A stretch of 64,000 nt of DNA, the filler included, from Stramenopiles sp. TOSAG23-3 (Eukaryota): assembly GCA_900128585.1 (NCBI GenBank). It is 6 parts of 6 records of this genome, joined end to end, with 100 filler letters (N's around TTAATTAATTAA, not from the genome) between each part and the next. Parts side by side here need not be neighbours in the genome. Positions count along the whole stretch, not along the records: positions 1 to 15,004 come from LT642537.1; 5 more parts are not named here. The stretch is one strand, 5' to 3'. A model generated the notes under the pieces. The model saw nothing but the letters and a program-made list of their open reading frames with translations. It was not told the DNA's origin and made no database searches. Positions 1 through 10,425 of the stretch are shown here, piece by piece. The translations under genes and the position numbers were made by a program. Each line of letters begins with the position of its first letter. Positions within the stretch are counted from its first letter, which is position 1.

Positions 1-52
<52 letters not shown>

Positions 53-110
53 GTCGAAAGAAAGAAAGAAAGAAAGAAAAGAAAGAAAGAAAGAGTCAAA
101 AGAAAGAAAG
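1..110 (+). repeat. (AAAG)n microsatellite
   Basis: Tandem aaag units with a few gagtc interruptions, directly visible. Confidence 0.95.
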
Positions 111-584
111 AAGAGTTCTTCTTCTAGGGAAACTTGAGATAAGAAGAAAAAAGGGGGGGACAAGGGACAAAGACAAGCAAATTAAAAAAATACTTAAATG
201 AATCATTTAGTATAATACTTATAGGTATTATAATAATAATAATAATATATAAATAACATAAGTAATATTATTTGATAGAAATATTACTTAACTGAAGTAG
301 AGACACCTAGTATTATAATGTGATACGGTTACGAAGAAGTGTCTTCTGGGGGGGGGGGGGGGGGCCTTTTAGGTTGAAACAGAAAAGAGCACATGCATGT
401 ATAGAAGAAGAAAGGAAGAGTGAGTGGAATCACACAATGGTTGAACAGTGGAAGTAGAAAGTACGTGAACTAAAGTGAGAGAAGCGTGTGTTTACATAGT
501 TTCTTTTTGGTGTGTGCCATTTTTCTTGTTTCGGCCTGTCTATATACATATATATATATATATACCTTTAAAGAACGGAAAACA

Positions 585-2378
585 ATGAAGAACTCCAAGA
601 GAGTGTCTAGGGCAGGGGTGCTCTTCCTCCTCTTGTTGGTGTCCCACGAGACGATCACGGTGGCGTCCAACATACGGACCGCGAAGAACATGCGGGGCAC
701 GGGGGATATGTTGTTCGCGATGGAGAGCGTCAACGAGATGCTCGAACATTTGGACGAGTCCGCGCTGGAGTCCATGCTATTGGAGGTCGACAGCAAGGGT
801 GGGATGTCCGAAGCGGAGGCGGCGACGCACGAGGTGCGCATAGCGCACGAAAGCATTCGGGAGGGCTACGCGTTTGAAAACTCCCCAGTCCTGGGTGACC
901 TGGACAAACTCCCCGCCGCCCCGGGGGAGGGCGAGGTCCTCTCCGCCGCGCAGCTGCAGTACCACCGCGGCGAAATATCGTCGTTCTTGGAAAAGGCGTT
1001 CTCTCACTTGGGCGCACGGTCCCACCACCAGAAAGGGGAGTGCGAGCGGTCGGCGAAGGTGAGCTGGTTCGATAGCTGCTCAGAAGAGTCGGACTGCGTC
1101 AGCTCGAAAGCGAAGCCGTGCGCGGGAAAGTGCGTCTGCGACAAGAGTGGGGTCAACGAGTGCGAGTGTGTATCCGATTCCGACGTGGACCTCGGCGACG
1201 TCTTGAAAAACCGGAAAGTTATCGACGAAGCCTTCCGCATGAAGGACTTCTTCAAGTACGCGGCCTATGGCTTCGTAGACGGCTTCTTCAGCGGGATGAT
1301 CCACCACATCCACGAAGGGTTCGAGGACCCGAAGTGCCACGACCACTCCTACGTCTCCGAGAGCGCCGACGACCTTTTGGAGTCGTTGAGCGAATTTTGG
1401 GACCACGTGAAGAGCATCCACACGAAGATCTGGTCCAAGACGGACCGGAAGGAAGTCTTGGACTCCTTCGTTACGCTTTTGAAACGGTTGAAGCACATGC
1501 TCTCCTCCGCAATGACGTTTGTTTGGAAATGCACGGGGACTCGGCAGTTGACACTTCTGTTTGGGATTATTCTGGTATTTTTTGGCCTGCAGTTGGCCAT
1601 CATGGGCACAACCTTTTTTCCTATCCTCATCAAGGTAGGGGGCATGCTGTTGGGGTTGTACTACACCGGGTCGTACGTCCTCAAGGCCTCCAAATACATC
1701 GTGAAGAACGTGCAAAAGAAAATCGACGGCAAGTGCGGTCATGACTGCAACAAAAAATTAGTAAAGAGCAGTTTTGGCATATTGGGTGCATTCGCCGAGC
1801 TGGTCATGCTGAGCGGGGCCGGGAGCATGATCAAAAAGCTTGCAAAGCCAGGGGCAGTGGGGAATATCAAAGTTTTGCCCACCATCCGGGTCGATATGCG
1901 CATTTTAATGAACAAGGTGAGGTTGTCAAAGTCCGGGAAAGCCGTCCGAGTGACCCAGAAAACCTTCAAGAGCAAGCCAAAGGCAGTTGCGGACAAGCGG
2001 TTGAAAGCGGCCATGGCGCACGCGGAGCATTCCGGACACTCGAACGTGTTGCACGCATTGCACCACGGCGCACATGCGGGCGAAAAGTTCGCCCACGGAC
2101 CGGTCACCAATGCGCTAGGGCACCACGAAGGTGGTGGCCACCACGGCGAAGGCCACGAGGAGAAGCATGGGGAAGGCCACGGGAAGGCAGCAGAGGGACC
2201 TCACTGCAAACACCACAAAGGAGTATGTATTGACACCCAAGAAAATATTTGCACCGTTCAGACAGTGCGTGGAAAGTGTCCAGGAGCTGCGCACATCCAC
2301 TGTTGTCCATCATCGCGTGTTAAAGTAGAATCTTCCGAAGATGAACATGAGGACGGTGAAGCGCACCATCGTCTTTAG
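585..2378 (+). CDS. Secreted/membrane protein of unknown function: signal peptide, Cys-rich module, hydrophobic hairpin, His-rich tract, C-terminal 6-residue-spaced Cys (defensin-like) module
   Basis: Long GC-rich ORF. The ATG at 585 gives MKNSKRVSRAGVLFLLLLVS, which looks like a signal peptide. Contains a CxxxCxC cluster, two hydrophobic helices (LTLLFGIILVFFGLQLAIM, FFPILIKVGGMLLGLYY), HHEGGGHHGEGH and CKHHKGVC...C...GKCPG...HCC. Confidence 0.8.
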   Translation: MKNSKRVSRAGVLFLLLLVSHETITVASNIRTAKNMRGTGDMLFAMESVNEMLEHLDESALESMLLEVDSKGGMSEAEAATHEVRIAHESIREGYAFENSPVLGDLDKLPAAPGEGEVLSAAQLQYHRGEISSFLEKAFSHLGARSHHQKGECERSAKVSWFDSCSEESDCVSSKAKPCAGKCVCDKSGVNECECVSDSDVDLGDVLKNRKVIDEAFRMKDFFKYAAYGFVDGFFSGMIHHIHEGFEDPKCHDHSYVSESADDLLESLSEFWDHVKSIHTKIWSKTDRKEVLDSFVTLLKRLKHMLSSAMTFVWKCTGTRQLTLLFGIILVFFGLQLAIMGTTFFPILIKVGGMLLGLYYTGSYVLKASKYIVKNVQKKIDGKCGHDCNKKLVKSSFGILGAFAELVMLSGAGSMIKKLAKPGAVGNIKVLPTIRVDMRILMNKVRLSKSGKAVRVTQKTFKSKPKAVADKRLKAAMAHAEHSGHSNVLHALHHGAHAGEKFAHGPVTNALGHHEGGGHHGEGHEEKHGEGHGKAAEGPHCKHHKGVCIDTQENICTVQTVRGKCPGAAHIHCCPSSRVKVESSEDEHEDGEAHHRL

Positions 2379-2442
2379 TCGTAGAGTATAGAGACGCATA
2401 TAACATTTTTCTTAAACTTACGTACATTAGCTAACAAGGTTT

Positions 2443-3507
2443 TTAAATATTTTGAAGCTCCTTCGGTGCCCCAGGCCAGGAAGCTTCCCGATCCCAGAAC
2501 GAATCGCCGCGGCCGCCATAGTACGATTCCAGCACCGCATCGACAACCCTGGCTACTCGAAGGGCATTGTCTCCTGTGCTGGGGGCTGGCTTGGCCCCCT
2601 GGCTGACCAGGTCATCAACTATGGTTTGGATTAAGGGCTGTTGGGCGTGCGTGGGAAGCTCGAAAGGAATCTCTGTTACGTTCTGGACATTAAAGTCCTC
2701 CGGACCCGGGGTTAGCAACCGTATCGGCTCCTCCGTGAACGTAGAAAACTCAAGGGTACCACGTTCCCCCCTGATCACTATTTTGTCCTTGTACGAGGAC
2801 CCGGCAAAGGTCCAAGCTGCTGTTCCCAGCGCCGTATCACCAATTCTAAAGCTCATTGAGACCGTATCCTCGACCTTGTACTTGCCCGTAATATTTGTCG
2901 CGTGGCCTTTTGCCCCTGTAATGGGACCGACCAAATAATCGAGAATATCTAGCGTGTGCACTCCTACGTCCATGATAAGCCCTCCACCCGAACTTTCACT
3001 TTTCAAACGCCACCGATCTTCAATATTGGGTACGTACGGTCGAAGCATTTCATAACTAACGTGAACGACCGTTCCTATCTTTCCATCCGCTATCATTTTC
3101 TTCAGCAACCGGAAATGCTCTTGGCCTCGGCGGTAATAGGCAGAGAACAAGGGAACTTTTGCGTCCCGAAACGCGTTCACTATCTGTTCCGTTTCGCTGG
3201 CGTTTCGAGCCAGTGGTTTTTCAATGTAGCACGGTTTTCTGCTCTTCAAACACTCCAGGGCAAGATCAAGGTGGGTCCCTGGAGGCGTTGCGATGTATAT
3301 GGCGTTTACCTCCTCATCGTTAATCAGTTCATCTACTTTGGAGTAGAACCTTTTTACGTCATGCCGTTTGGCAAAATCGGCAGCTTTCGACTCCGTCCGT
3401 CGCATAACAGCTACTAATTCACTCCGATCACATTTGTAAAGGGGCGGACCACTTTTCACTTCGCAAACAGCGCCAGCCCCTATTATCCCCCAGCGAACCG
3501 TATCCAT
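2443..3507 (-). CDS. Gfo/Idh/MocA family NAD(P)-dependent oxidoreductase
   Basis: Rossmann start WGIIGAG, plus AIYIATPPGTH, CYIEKP and GGGLIMDVGVHTLD. Likely ATG at 3507. Confidence 0.93.
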   Translation of the reverse strand: MDTVRWGIIGAGAVCEVKSGPPLYKCDRSELVAVMRRTESKAADFAKRHDVKRFYSKVDELINDEEVNAIYIATPPGTHLDLALECLKSRKPCYIEKPLARNASETEQIVNAFRDAKVPLFSAYYRRGQEHFRLLKKMIADGKIGTVVHVSYEMLRPYVPNIEDRWRLKSESSGGGLIMDVGVHTLDILDYLVGPITGAKGHATNITGKYKVEDTVSMSFRIGDTALGTAAWTFAGSSYKDKIVIRGERGTLEFSTFTEEPIRLLTPGPEDFNVQNVTEIPFELPTHAQQPLIQTIVDDLVSQGAKPAPSTGDNALRVARVVDAVLESYYGGRGDSFWDREASWPGAPKELQNI

Positions 3508-3959
3508 AATATTTTCGACGTACACTTATGGACCGTTAAATAAAATGGCATTCTTACCCTCTCGGTTTTGTCACGGATTTGTTAGTTAGACATGAACGAG
3601 AGTCGCGTTCACAACTTGAAACCGTTATTCTTCTTTCTTCTTATTTTTTTTTGTTTTTATTATTACTAATATTAGTTATAATAATAATAGAGCGATCAGC
3701 AGCAAACAACAACAACAACAACAAAATTTGTTCTTCCTCTTCTTCTTCTTCTTTCTTTTGTTTTTTTTTCATCATTCTTCATTTTTTATTATTATAAAAA
3801 AAAAATAATATTTATTATATAATAATATTATACAACATGTAAGTAGAGTCTTTGTTTCGGGGTTGTTCAGGTCGGATGGTATCATTTAAAAAAACAAATT
3901 CGTAAGAATTTTACACAGCAACAAATACCTTCCTTTTTAACACCGTCCCCTGCTACCAC

Positions 3960-4943
3960 TTACTTTTCCAACTCATCGCTGATGATAGTTTCCATTTGAC
4001 GTTCAAACCCTGCAGTGTAACCTCCAGCACGGAACTGTTCGTTTCTATCGGACAGTGCCGCAAGGGCATGGGGAAGGTTGGGAAACACGTAACGTTTTCC
4101 CCCGGCAATGCCATCGAACGCTGCCTCGGCGACTTCATCTGGGGTTTGCCCGTTTTCGATAAGTTTGGGAAGTAACGAGAGCTGCTCTTGTACTTGTTCC
4201 ATCTCGTCTTTGCCGAGTGAACGCCCCTCATCGCCGTCTGCTTGGGCGTTTAGCTTCGAATTCTGGGTCGTCCGGACGACGTTAGTTTTTACGTAGCTTG
4301 GGCAGAGGGTGGACACCTCCACGTTGCTTTTTCTCCACGCCAGTTCGCTAGCGACGGATTCGGTAAGCGCAACGACTGCGTGTTTTGTGATCCCGTAGAG
4401 GCCACAGCCTTCGCTGATCCCGGCCAAGGAGGCCGTGTTCATGATGTGACACGGTTCTTTCAAGTGTCCATGGGCCGCCTCCATTGTTGGGACAAAAATG
4501 CGGGTTGCGTGCGCTACGGACCAAAAATTAATGTCAAACGATCGCTCCAGCGATTCGTCCGTTGCGCTGAGCAGCCCGGGCATCCCCGTCCCTGCATTGT
4601 TGAACAGCAGGTGGGGCGCCCCAAAATTCTCAATGCAGGCATCGTGCATTTCCTGAATCTTAGCCTTTTCTCCAACGTCCACTTCCATTTGCAATACATT
4701 ACACCCCTTCTTTTCTAGCTCGTTTGCCAGGTACGTGTTATGTGACCAGGATATGTCTGCTAGCAACAGCCTCGTACACCCGCGTTCCACACACGCCCTG
4801 GCAATCGCTTCGCCAATCCCCGAGGCGGCCCCTGTAACGACCGCAGTCTTGCCACGAACCCGTTGAACCCCACGGGTGTTTAAGTTTAGCATGCCGCTTT
4901 TGGTCAGCACCGCTAAAAGTGTAGGGGTGTAAGGCCCAAACAT
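3960..4943 (-). CDS. Classical short-chain dehydrogenase/reductase (SDR)
   Basis: TGAASGIG (TGxxxGxG), NNAG, TAS and the catalytic YGITK (YxxxK). Confidence 0.93.
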   Translation of the reverse strand: MFGPYTPTLLAVLTKSGMLNLNTRGVQRVRGKTAVVTGAASGIGEAIARACVERGCTRLLLADISWSHNTYLANELEKKGCNVLQMEVDVGEKAKIQEMHDACIENFGAPHLLFNNAGTGMPGLLSATDESLERSFDINFWSVAHATRIFVPTMEAAHGHLKEPCHIMNTASLAGISEGCGLYGITKHAVVALTESVASELAWRKSNVEVSTLCPSYVKTNVVRTTQNSKLNAQADGDEGRSLGKDEMEQVQEQLSLLPKLIENGQTPDEVAEAAFDGIAGGKRYVFPNLPHALAALSDRNEQFRAGGYTAGFERQMETIISDELEK

Positions 4944-5469
4944 GAGAACAAAATACGCGGTTGCTAATTATACTTGGCTATACCCAAGCTACTTTTTACA
5001 ACCACGGCAGCGCGGGTGAGAACAGCTTGAAACACCTTTCACAAAATGATTAGAGGAAAGAAAAAAACTTACTCGTTATCCAATACCAACACTGCTTAAA
5101 TTCCATACCTTGCCGAATTGTTAAATACTTTTAAAAAAATCGATATCACTCTGGACTCTGGCCGCCCTGAAACCCGAAACCCGGAATAAAGAATGAATGA
5201 ATGAATATTATAATGATGAATGAATACTATACGTACATGTGCGTGCTGCGTGCCCCTCCCGTAGTAGTATTACTATTATTAGCAGAATATTACATAGTAT
5301 ATGGAACAGCATGGAAGAAGACCATGGCTGATTAAACTGAGATCTGAGATTGATGATGGGATGATGGGGGATGGGATGGGATATGGGATGGGAGATGATA
5401 TTATTAATATTTATTAGAAGAAGAATGAAGAAGAAGAAGAAGAAGAAAAAAAAAAAAAAAGAAGATAAT

Positions 5470-5612
5470 ATTTTTAAAAACAAATCAACAACAACGAACA
5501 ACAACGAACAACAACAACAAAAAATTGATGAAAAAAAAAAAAAAATATTTTAAAACAAATTCAACGAACAACAACGAACAACAACAACAAAAATTGATGA
5601 AAAAAAAAAAAG
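5470..5612 (+). repeat. Imperfect ~77-bp tandem duplication of CAA-rich low-complexity sequence
   Basis: caacgaacaacaacgaacaacaacaacaaaaattgatgaaaaaaaaaaa occurs twice. Confidence 0.8.
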
Positions 5613-5899
5613 ATAAAAAAATATAAAAAAACACTTTGTATTATGTGTATTAAATTACTTGGTATAATTATATAGTTGGTATATTATTAATTATTATAAC
5701 AAAAAAGAAATATTATTATTCTTCTTAGGTGTCTAGACGATGAATGTATATTTAAATGATCGTTTATCCCAGCACATGCTAATTCATTGATATATCTGTC
5801 TATCATACACACACAAACGCGTATAAATAAACACCAACAGCATTCGTTTGTAGCGGAGGGAAAAGGATTGAACCTGTTCGACTTTGTCTGCGGCGAAAG

Positions 5900-6799
5900 A
5901 TGGCGCCTGGTTCGAAGAAAAACTTGTTCACGGAAATGTGTCTGTCTGGCTTCGTGGGTGGATCTTGCGTGGGGGCAATGAATCCCATAGACACCCTGCG
6001 AATCCGGTGGCAGATTCGGAGCGATGTAAAGTCCGAGCGAATGTACCAGTTTGGTTTTCGAATTTTAAAGCAGGAGGGGTTGTGGCGTGGGCTATGGCAG
6101 CCTGGGTGCTTGGCAAACATGGTTGCGATCAATTTCAGCACAGGGTTTCGGCTAGGGGCATACCCGTACATTCGGGATACCATCAGCGAGGGCCTTGGCC
6201 ACAAAGAGAAGCACCCCGCCGTGATGTGGCTTGCGGGCCTTCTTCCTGGCCTCATCGGGTACTGGACAATCACGCCCTTGTACGCCGTCAAGACGCAGCT
6301 TCAGGTCAGCGCGGCGAGGAAAGCCGCGGGAGATTCGGTCATCTATAAAAACACCCTGCACGGGTTGCAAACGATAGTAAAAGAAGGTGGGGTCACCGGC
6401 TTGTACCGGGGGGCGCTGAGCCTGATGGCCAGGGGGGGGCTGATCGGGAGCGGGCAGACGCTTGGCTACGACCTTTCCAAGACGAAAATGAAAGAGAACT
6501 TTGGGGTGAAAGACGGGCCCGTGCTTCACGTGTCGAGCAGCGTGGCCGCAGGCTTCGGGGCGACACTGTTCGGCATGCCGTGCGACGTCCTGTTTACATT
6601 TTGGACCACCGCGAAGCAGCGTGGGGCCCAGTACCGAAGTATTGCCCAGTGTGTCAGTGCAATGGTCAAAGAGAACGGGGTCGGTGTGTTTTACAGAGGC
6701 TCATTTGCCATGTTTTGTCGAGTTGTCCCCATTTTTACACTGTACTTTCCGATCTACGAGCAGGTGCGCCGCCTCGCTGGCTTTGGGTACATGAGTTAG
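5900..6799 (+). CDS. Mitochondrial carrier (SLC25) family protein, OAC1/SLC25A34-35/UCP-like
   Basis: About 300 aa with three repeats carrying Px[DE]xx[KR]-type signatures (PIDTLRIRWQ, PLYAVKTQLQ, PCDVLF) and EGxxGLW/YRG motifs. Confidence 0.92.
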   Translation: MAPGSKKNLFTEMCLSGFVGGSCVGAMNPIDTLRIRWQIRSDVKSERMYQFGFRILKQEGLWRGLWQPGCLANMVAINFSTGFRLGAYPYIRDTISEGLGHKEKHPAVMWLAGLLPGLIGYWTITPLYAVKTQLQVSAARKAAGDSVIYKNTLHGLQTIVKEGGVTGLYRGALSLMARGGLIGSGQTLGYDLSKTKMKENFGVKDGPVLHVSSSVAAGFGATLFGMPCDVLFTFWTTAKQRGAQYRSIAQCVSAMVKENGVGVFYRGSFAMFCRVVPIFTLYFPIYEQVRRLAGFGYMS

Positions 6800-7305
6800 A
6801 TTGAGAAAGACAAAATATGCATTATTAATTTCCTACGAAGTATGTTTATTATTCTTATATTAATTCTGAAAAACATAAATTCGCAATTCATTTCCTTGTA
6901 TTATTGTCTCTGTTACTACTATTTATACCAATTGTATAAGTTTAGAAATATTTACAAATAATACACCGCACATTTGGATATTATATTATTACTGTGGTAA
7001 CTAAAAATATTTGCTGGGAGGCGGCGGGCGGCGGCGGCGGCTGGGAAGAGGGAAGAGGGGGGGGTCATCTAATATTAATAACATCTCAGTCGTATTTTCA
7101 TCAACAAATTAATTTAAATATTCAAATCGCGAGTGACTATAATATTGTATAGATAAATTACTTCATAATTCGCGGTCGGTTTTATCGAATACTTACTGCG
7201 TCTTAAAGGAACGGCAATTTAATGCACATCTTACGATAAATGATAAATACTTATCTCTGATGCTCTCACACAGAAAATACGGGAATTGCTTGTGAGGGTA
7301 AAATA

Positions 7306-8922
7306 ATGGCTTCGTTTGCAAAGAAGAAGTCGGGAGGAGGGTCATACCGTAAGAAAATGAGTCTGAGTACTTTTGGCCCCAGTAGCGAGGACGCGGACTT
7401 TTTGGCAGCAGAAATAGTTCACAAACAGGTCAACGATTCTGATGATGCGTTTGAGGTAGGGGCCGCGGTTGTAGGCCTGTACGAGGAATCGCAGTCGGGC
7501 AGTATCCCTTCTCGGAGGCGGGGCTCGTCGATCCAAGAAGTTTTTGACGAAGCGGACAAAGAAGGCCCCTTGGATCTGGAGAGCGATATGGTGTATTTAT
7601 CGCACCTTGGGAAGGGCGCGGAAGGACAGGTCAAATTAGGGCTTTATATCCCCAGCCTTCGCTTGGTTGCAATCAAAGAGGTGAATGTATCCGACGAAAA
7701 GCATCGAAAAATGTACCTGAACGAGCTCCATGCGGTTCACGAGAATTTAAAGCCGATAAACTTGCACGAAGACGTGGAAGCTATGCGCAAACGGATCATG
7801 CCTGTACACAAGTCCCACAGCGTTCTTTTGCGGCATGGGCGCGGGGCAACAACCAATGCCGCAGCACCTTCAACTGACGCCCAGAGAAAGACGCTTGGGA
7901 AAAGAAATTCTATTTCAAAATCGTCGACAGCGGGTCGGAATCTCCGGGCCCTGCTAGCACTCCACCGTCGTCCATCGAAGCATTTACTAAATTTTTATGG
8001 TGGTTTCTCCACGGGGACTGAAAACTTGGCCGGGCTTGTCTTAGAGTACATGGACGGCGGGGCTTTGGGGCATTTTGTAGACAACGACAACGACCGGATA
8101 GTTTCCAACAATGTGATGAAGCACATTGCACGCAGTCTCCTGCAAGGCGTCGCTGAGCTACACCGGAAGGATGTCGTCCACAGGGATATTAAGCCGGATA
8201 ACATTCTTCTGGGTCGGTCGTGCCAAAGTGTCAAGTTGGGTGATTTTGGGTTAGCCCTTCATGTAGATAAAATTACCCATACGCTGAAAGAATTTGAAGG
8301 AACGCTGGCGTTCATGTCTCCCGAACGTCTACGCGGAGAAGGGTATGGCATTTCATCCGACATCTGGAGCCTGGGCATGTCCCTTTTGACGATCGCGTTG
8401 GCAACCAGCCCAAAAATGTTTTTGGCAGAAAACGATGACGGGGCCCCGCTGCCAGCATCCACACCGAAAGGACCCAGAAGCACAGGGGAGGCGCTTCTTG
8501 GGAAAACCAATTTTTTTGACCTGTTGGCGGCCGTGTCCAAGCCCCTGGACGATCGGGTATTTGAGCTCAACCAAGATGTTGTTTGGCCTGATGATTTCAA
8601 GTGTGTTGTCCTTCGAATGTTAGAACCAGACCCAATGAAGCGAGGAAGTGCTAAACTGTTGCTAGAAGATCCGTACTTCCAAGGAATGGATTCTGCTGTT
8701 GCCGTGCAAAAACTTGAGGCGGACTGGAACTCCCTGTTCCATGAAAAGGCCGACAACAAAGATACCCTTTTACCCCAAATACTAGAGCAAATTCGCCTGC
8801 ACCAAGGGGAGGGAAAGCATGAATTCACACAGCACGCAGTGAACGATCTAGCCCAATCCCTTGGCCTTCAGTGCCCCATTGTAACCAAGGCCTTTGTCGA
8901 CAATGGAATGCCCGTTGTATGA
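7306..8922 (+). CDS. Ser/Thr protein kinase, STE7/MAP2K-like
   Basis: LGKGAEGQV, VAIKE, HRDIKPDNILL, DFG, GTLAFMSPERL (MAP2K-like) and SDIWSLG. Confidence 0.9.
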   Translation: MASFAKKKSGGGSYRKKMSLSTFGPSSEDADFLAAEIVHKQVNDSDDAFEVGAAVVGLYEESQSGSIPSRRRGSSIQEVFDEADKEGPLDLESDMVYLSHLGKGAEGQVKLGLYIPSLRLVAIKEVNVSDEKHRKMYLNELHAVHENLKPINLHEDVEAMRKRIMPVHKSHSVLLRHGRGATTNAAAPSTDAQRKTLGKRNSISKSSTAGRNLRALLALHRRPSKHLLNFYGGFSTGTENLAGLVLEYMDGGALGHFVDNDNDRIVSNNVMKHIARSLLQGVAELHRKDVVHRDIKPDNILLGRSCQSVKLGDFGLALHVDKITHTLKEFEGTLAFMSPERLRGEGYGISSDIWSLGMSLLTIALATSPKMFLAENDDGAPLPASTPKGPRSTGEALLGKTNFFDLLAAVSKPLDDRVFELNQDVVWPDDFKCVVLRMLEPDPMKRGSAKLLLEDPYFQGMDSAVAVQKLEADWNSLFHEKADNKDTLLPQILEQIRLHQGEGKHEFTQHAVNDLAQSLGLQCPIVTKAFVDNGMPVV

Positions 8923-9123
8923 AATCTTTTAATAGCATATACTTACTCTTAAATTACCTTTTAAGAATGAAGATTTCCTTTTCAAAGCAAAAATAGTTCG
9001 TAATTTCATTCACTAAAAAGTTTTCAATTTTAAGAATTATATACGTATCATACCTTATACTTTTCTCGTAACATATCATATCTTATAATATTTTCTCTAA
9101 ATAAGTTCGTCTTCACTACTACC

Positions 9124-10425
9124 CTACGCTAGCAAGGCCTGTGCCAGGGCTTTGGTGTTTTCTGCGTCGGTGCATTTCGCCAGCAACGCCTCTGGGATTC
9201 CGCTCTCGCTTGCAGCGCCCAGGATTGCACCGATGGCGATGCCCCGCTCCGAGGAGTCGCCGCTCACGCGGGCATTTTCTCTCATGGCATCTTCGAACGA
9301 AGTGTTGCGAAGGCAACTGTTCAAAACGAGGATGAAGGCGTGTGGGTTCATGCAGCCTTTGGCAATGAAGTGCTTTTCTTCCCCGTGAACGCTGGTTCCG
9401 TAGGCCTTTGCACAGTCTATCAAGGGCTTGTCCAACGACCCATTGACGAACTCGACGGCCTTCTGAATGACCTCGCTGGACATGGTTGGCGACGTTTTGC
9501 AGGTCGCAGCGTACGCATCTTTCACGCCCGTGCCGCCCGCGACAAGGAAAAGCATCTGCGCGAGGAACTGCGACACAAGGACGGCCTTGCTGTCCGCGCA
9601 ATTCTGTTGCGTGCGTACGATGACTTCGACGTTCTTTAGAAGGAGATCCAGCCCCCCCCGGCCGTACCGCATCACGGCGGGAACGATCTTTGCAAAGCAT
9701 TCGGCCATGGTGTTGTCCGCCCCCATCTTTGGCCACACCGTTTGCTTCTCGAGGGCCGCCTGCTTCGCTTCCTCCGCTTTCTTTGCTTCCTCCTCTGGAA
9801 CGTCTGCCCCGGGAGCTTCTTCTCCCGGGCCGTCCATGTTTTTAAGAAAATCCGTCATGGAATGGGATGGGCGGCCGGTGTACGCCTTGTAGTAAGCCTG
9901 CATATCCTTCGCCCATTCCATCCCGTCCACGGACGCCTTCGGGTCTTTTTTTGCAAGCAGAGACAGCATACCGAGCATTACTTCACCGGTAGGGCAGCAG
10001 CTTCCAAACTTGTAGTGCCCCGGGTAAGACGTCCCTTCTAGGGTGCACCACTTCAGAACGTACTCCATGTTGCAAGGGACGAGCTTATTGTATTCTTCTT
10101 CGGTTCTAGTCCCGTCGTGGAACCAAATCGACGAGGGCTTTGGATAAAACAGAGGGTCCGCGTCAGCAAGGAACGCTGTCCATTTGTCTTCCAAGTAGAA
10201 CCACTCAGTTGGCATGCAGGAAGCGTTTCCGACCAGTGCGCCCATGCACGCGTTGGTCAACCGCTCATTGAATTTCTCCGCATTCTTGGACTCGCTGGCA
10301 AGGAGGGCGCGCAAACGCTTGACCTCCTCTGTCGCGGCCTCTGGTGTCGTCAAGTCAGAGGCGTCCAGAGGTTTTTGCAACTCCTCCGCCAAAGACGGGT
10401 TGTTTACCGATGCACCTGCTCCCAT
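9124..10425 (-). CDS. ADP-ribosylglycohydrolase-fold protein (J1-crystallin/SelJ-like) with N-myristoylation motif
   Basis: GALVGNASCMPTEWFY, SFEDAMRENARVSGDSSERGIAIGAILGA and GIPE; N-terminus MGAGAS. Confidence 0.8.
   Translation of the reverse strand: MGAGASVNNPSLAEELQKPLDASDLTTPEAATEEVKRLRALLASESKNAEKFNERLTNACMGALVGNASCMPTEWFYLEDKWTAFLADADPLFYPKPSSIWFHDGTRTEEEYNKLVPCNMEYVLKWCTLEGTSYPGHYKFGSCCPTGEVMLGMLSLLAKKDPKASVDGMEWAKDMQAYYKAYTGRPSHSMTDFLKNMDGPGEEAPGADVPEEEAKKAEEAKQAALEKQTVWPKMGADNTMAECFAKIVPAVMRYGRGGLDLLLKNVEVIVRTQQNCADSKAVLVSQFLAQMLFLVAGGTGVKDAYAATCKTSPTMSSEVIQKAVEFVNGSLDKPLIDCAKAYGTSVHGEEKHFIAKGCMNPHAFILVLNSCLRNTSFEDAMRENARVSGDSSERGIAIGAILGAASESGIPEALLAKCTDAENTKALAQALLA

Noticed and set aside
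3857-3871. tcgggg..tgttcag words near gene 3' ends (also about 12979, 30361 and 49567)
   Set aside because: Short, with variable order and spacing; too weak without statistics.
2443-4943. Bacterial-like Gfo/Idh/MocA and SDR pair as an operon or contaminant
   Set aside because: They are separated by a host-type AT-rich microsatellite spacer and share a contig with clearly eukaryotic genes. Both families are widespread in eukaryotes.
5208-5553. Poly-F/poly-K ORFs here and at 3579, 10596, 55514 and 57173
   Set aside because: Translations of microsatellite and AT-rich spacer DNA.
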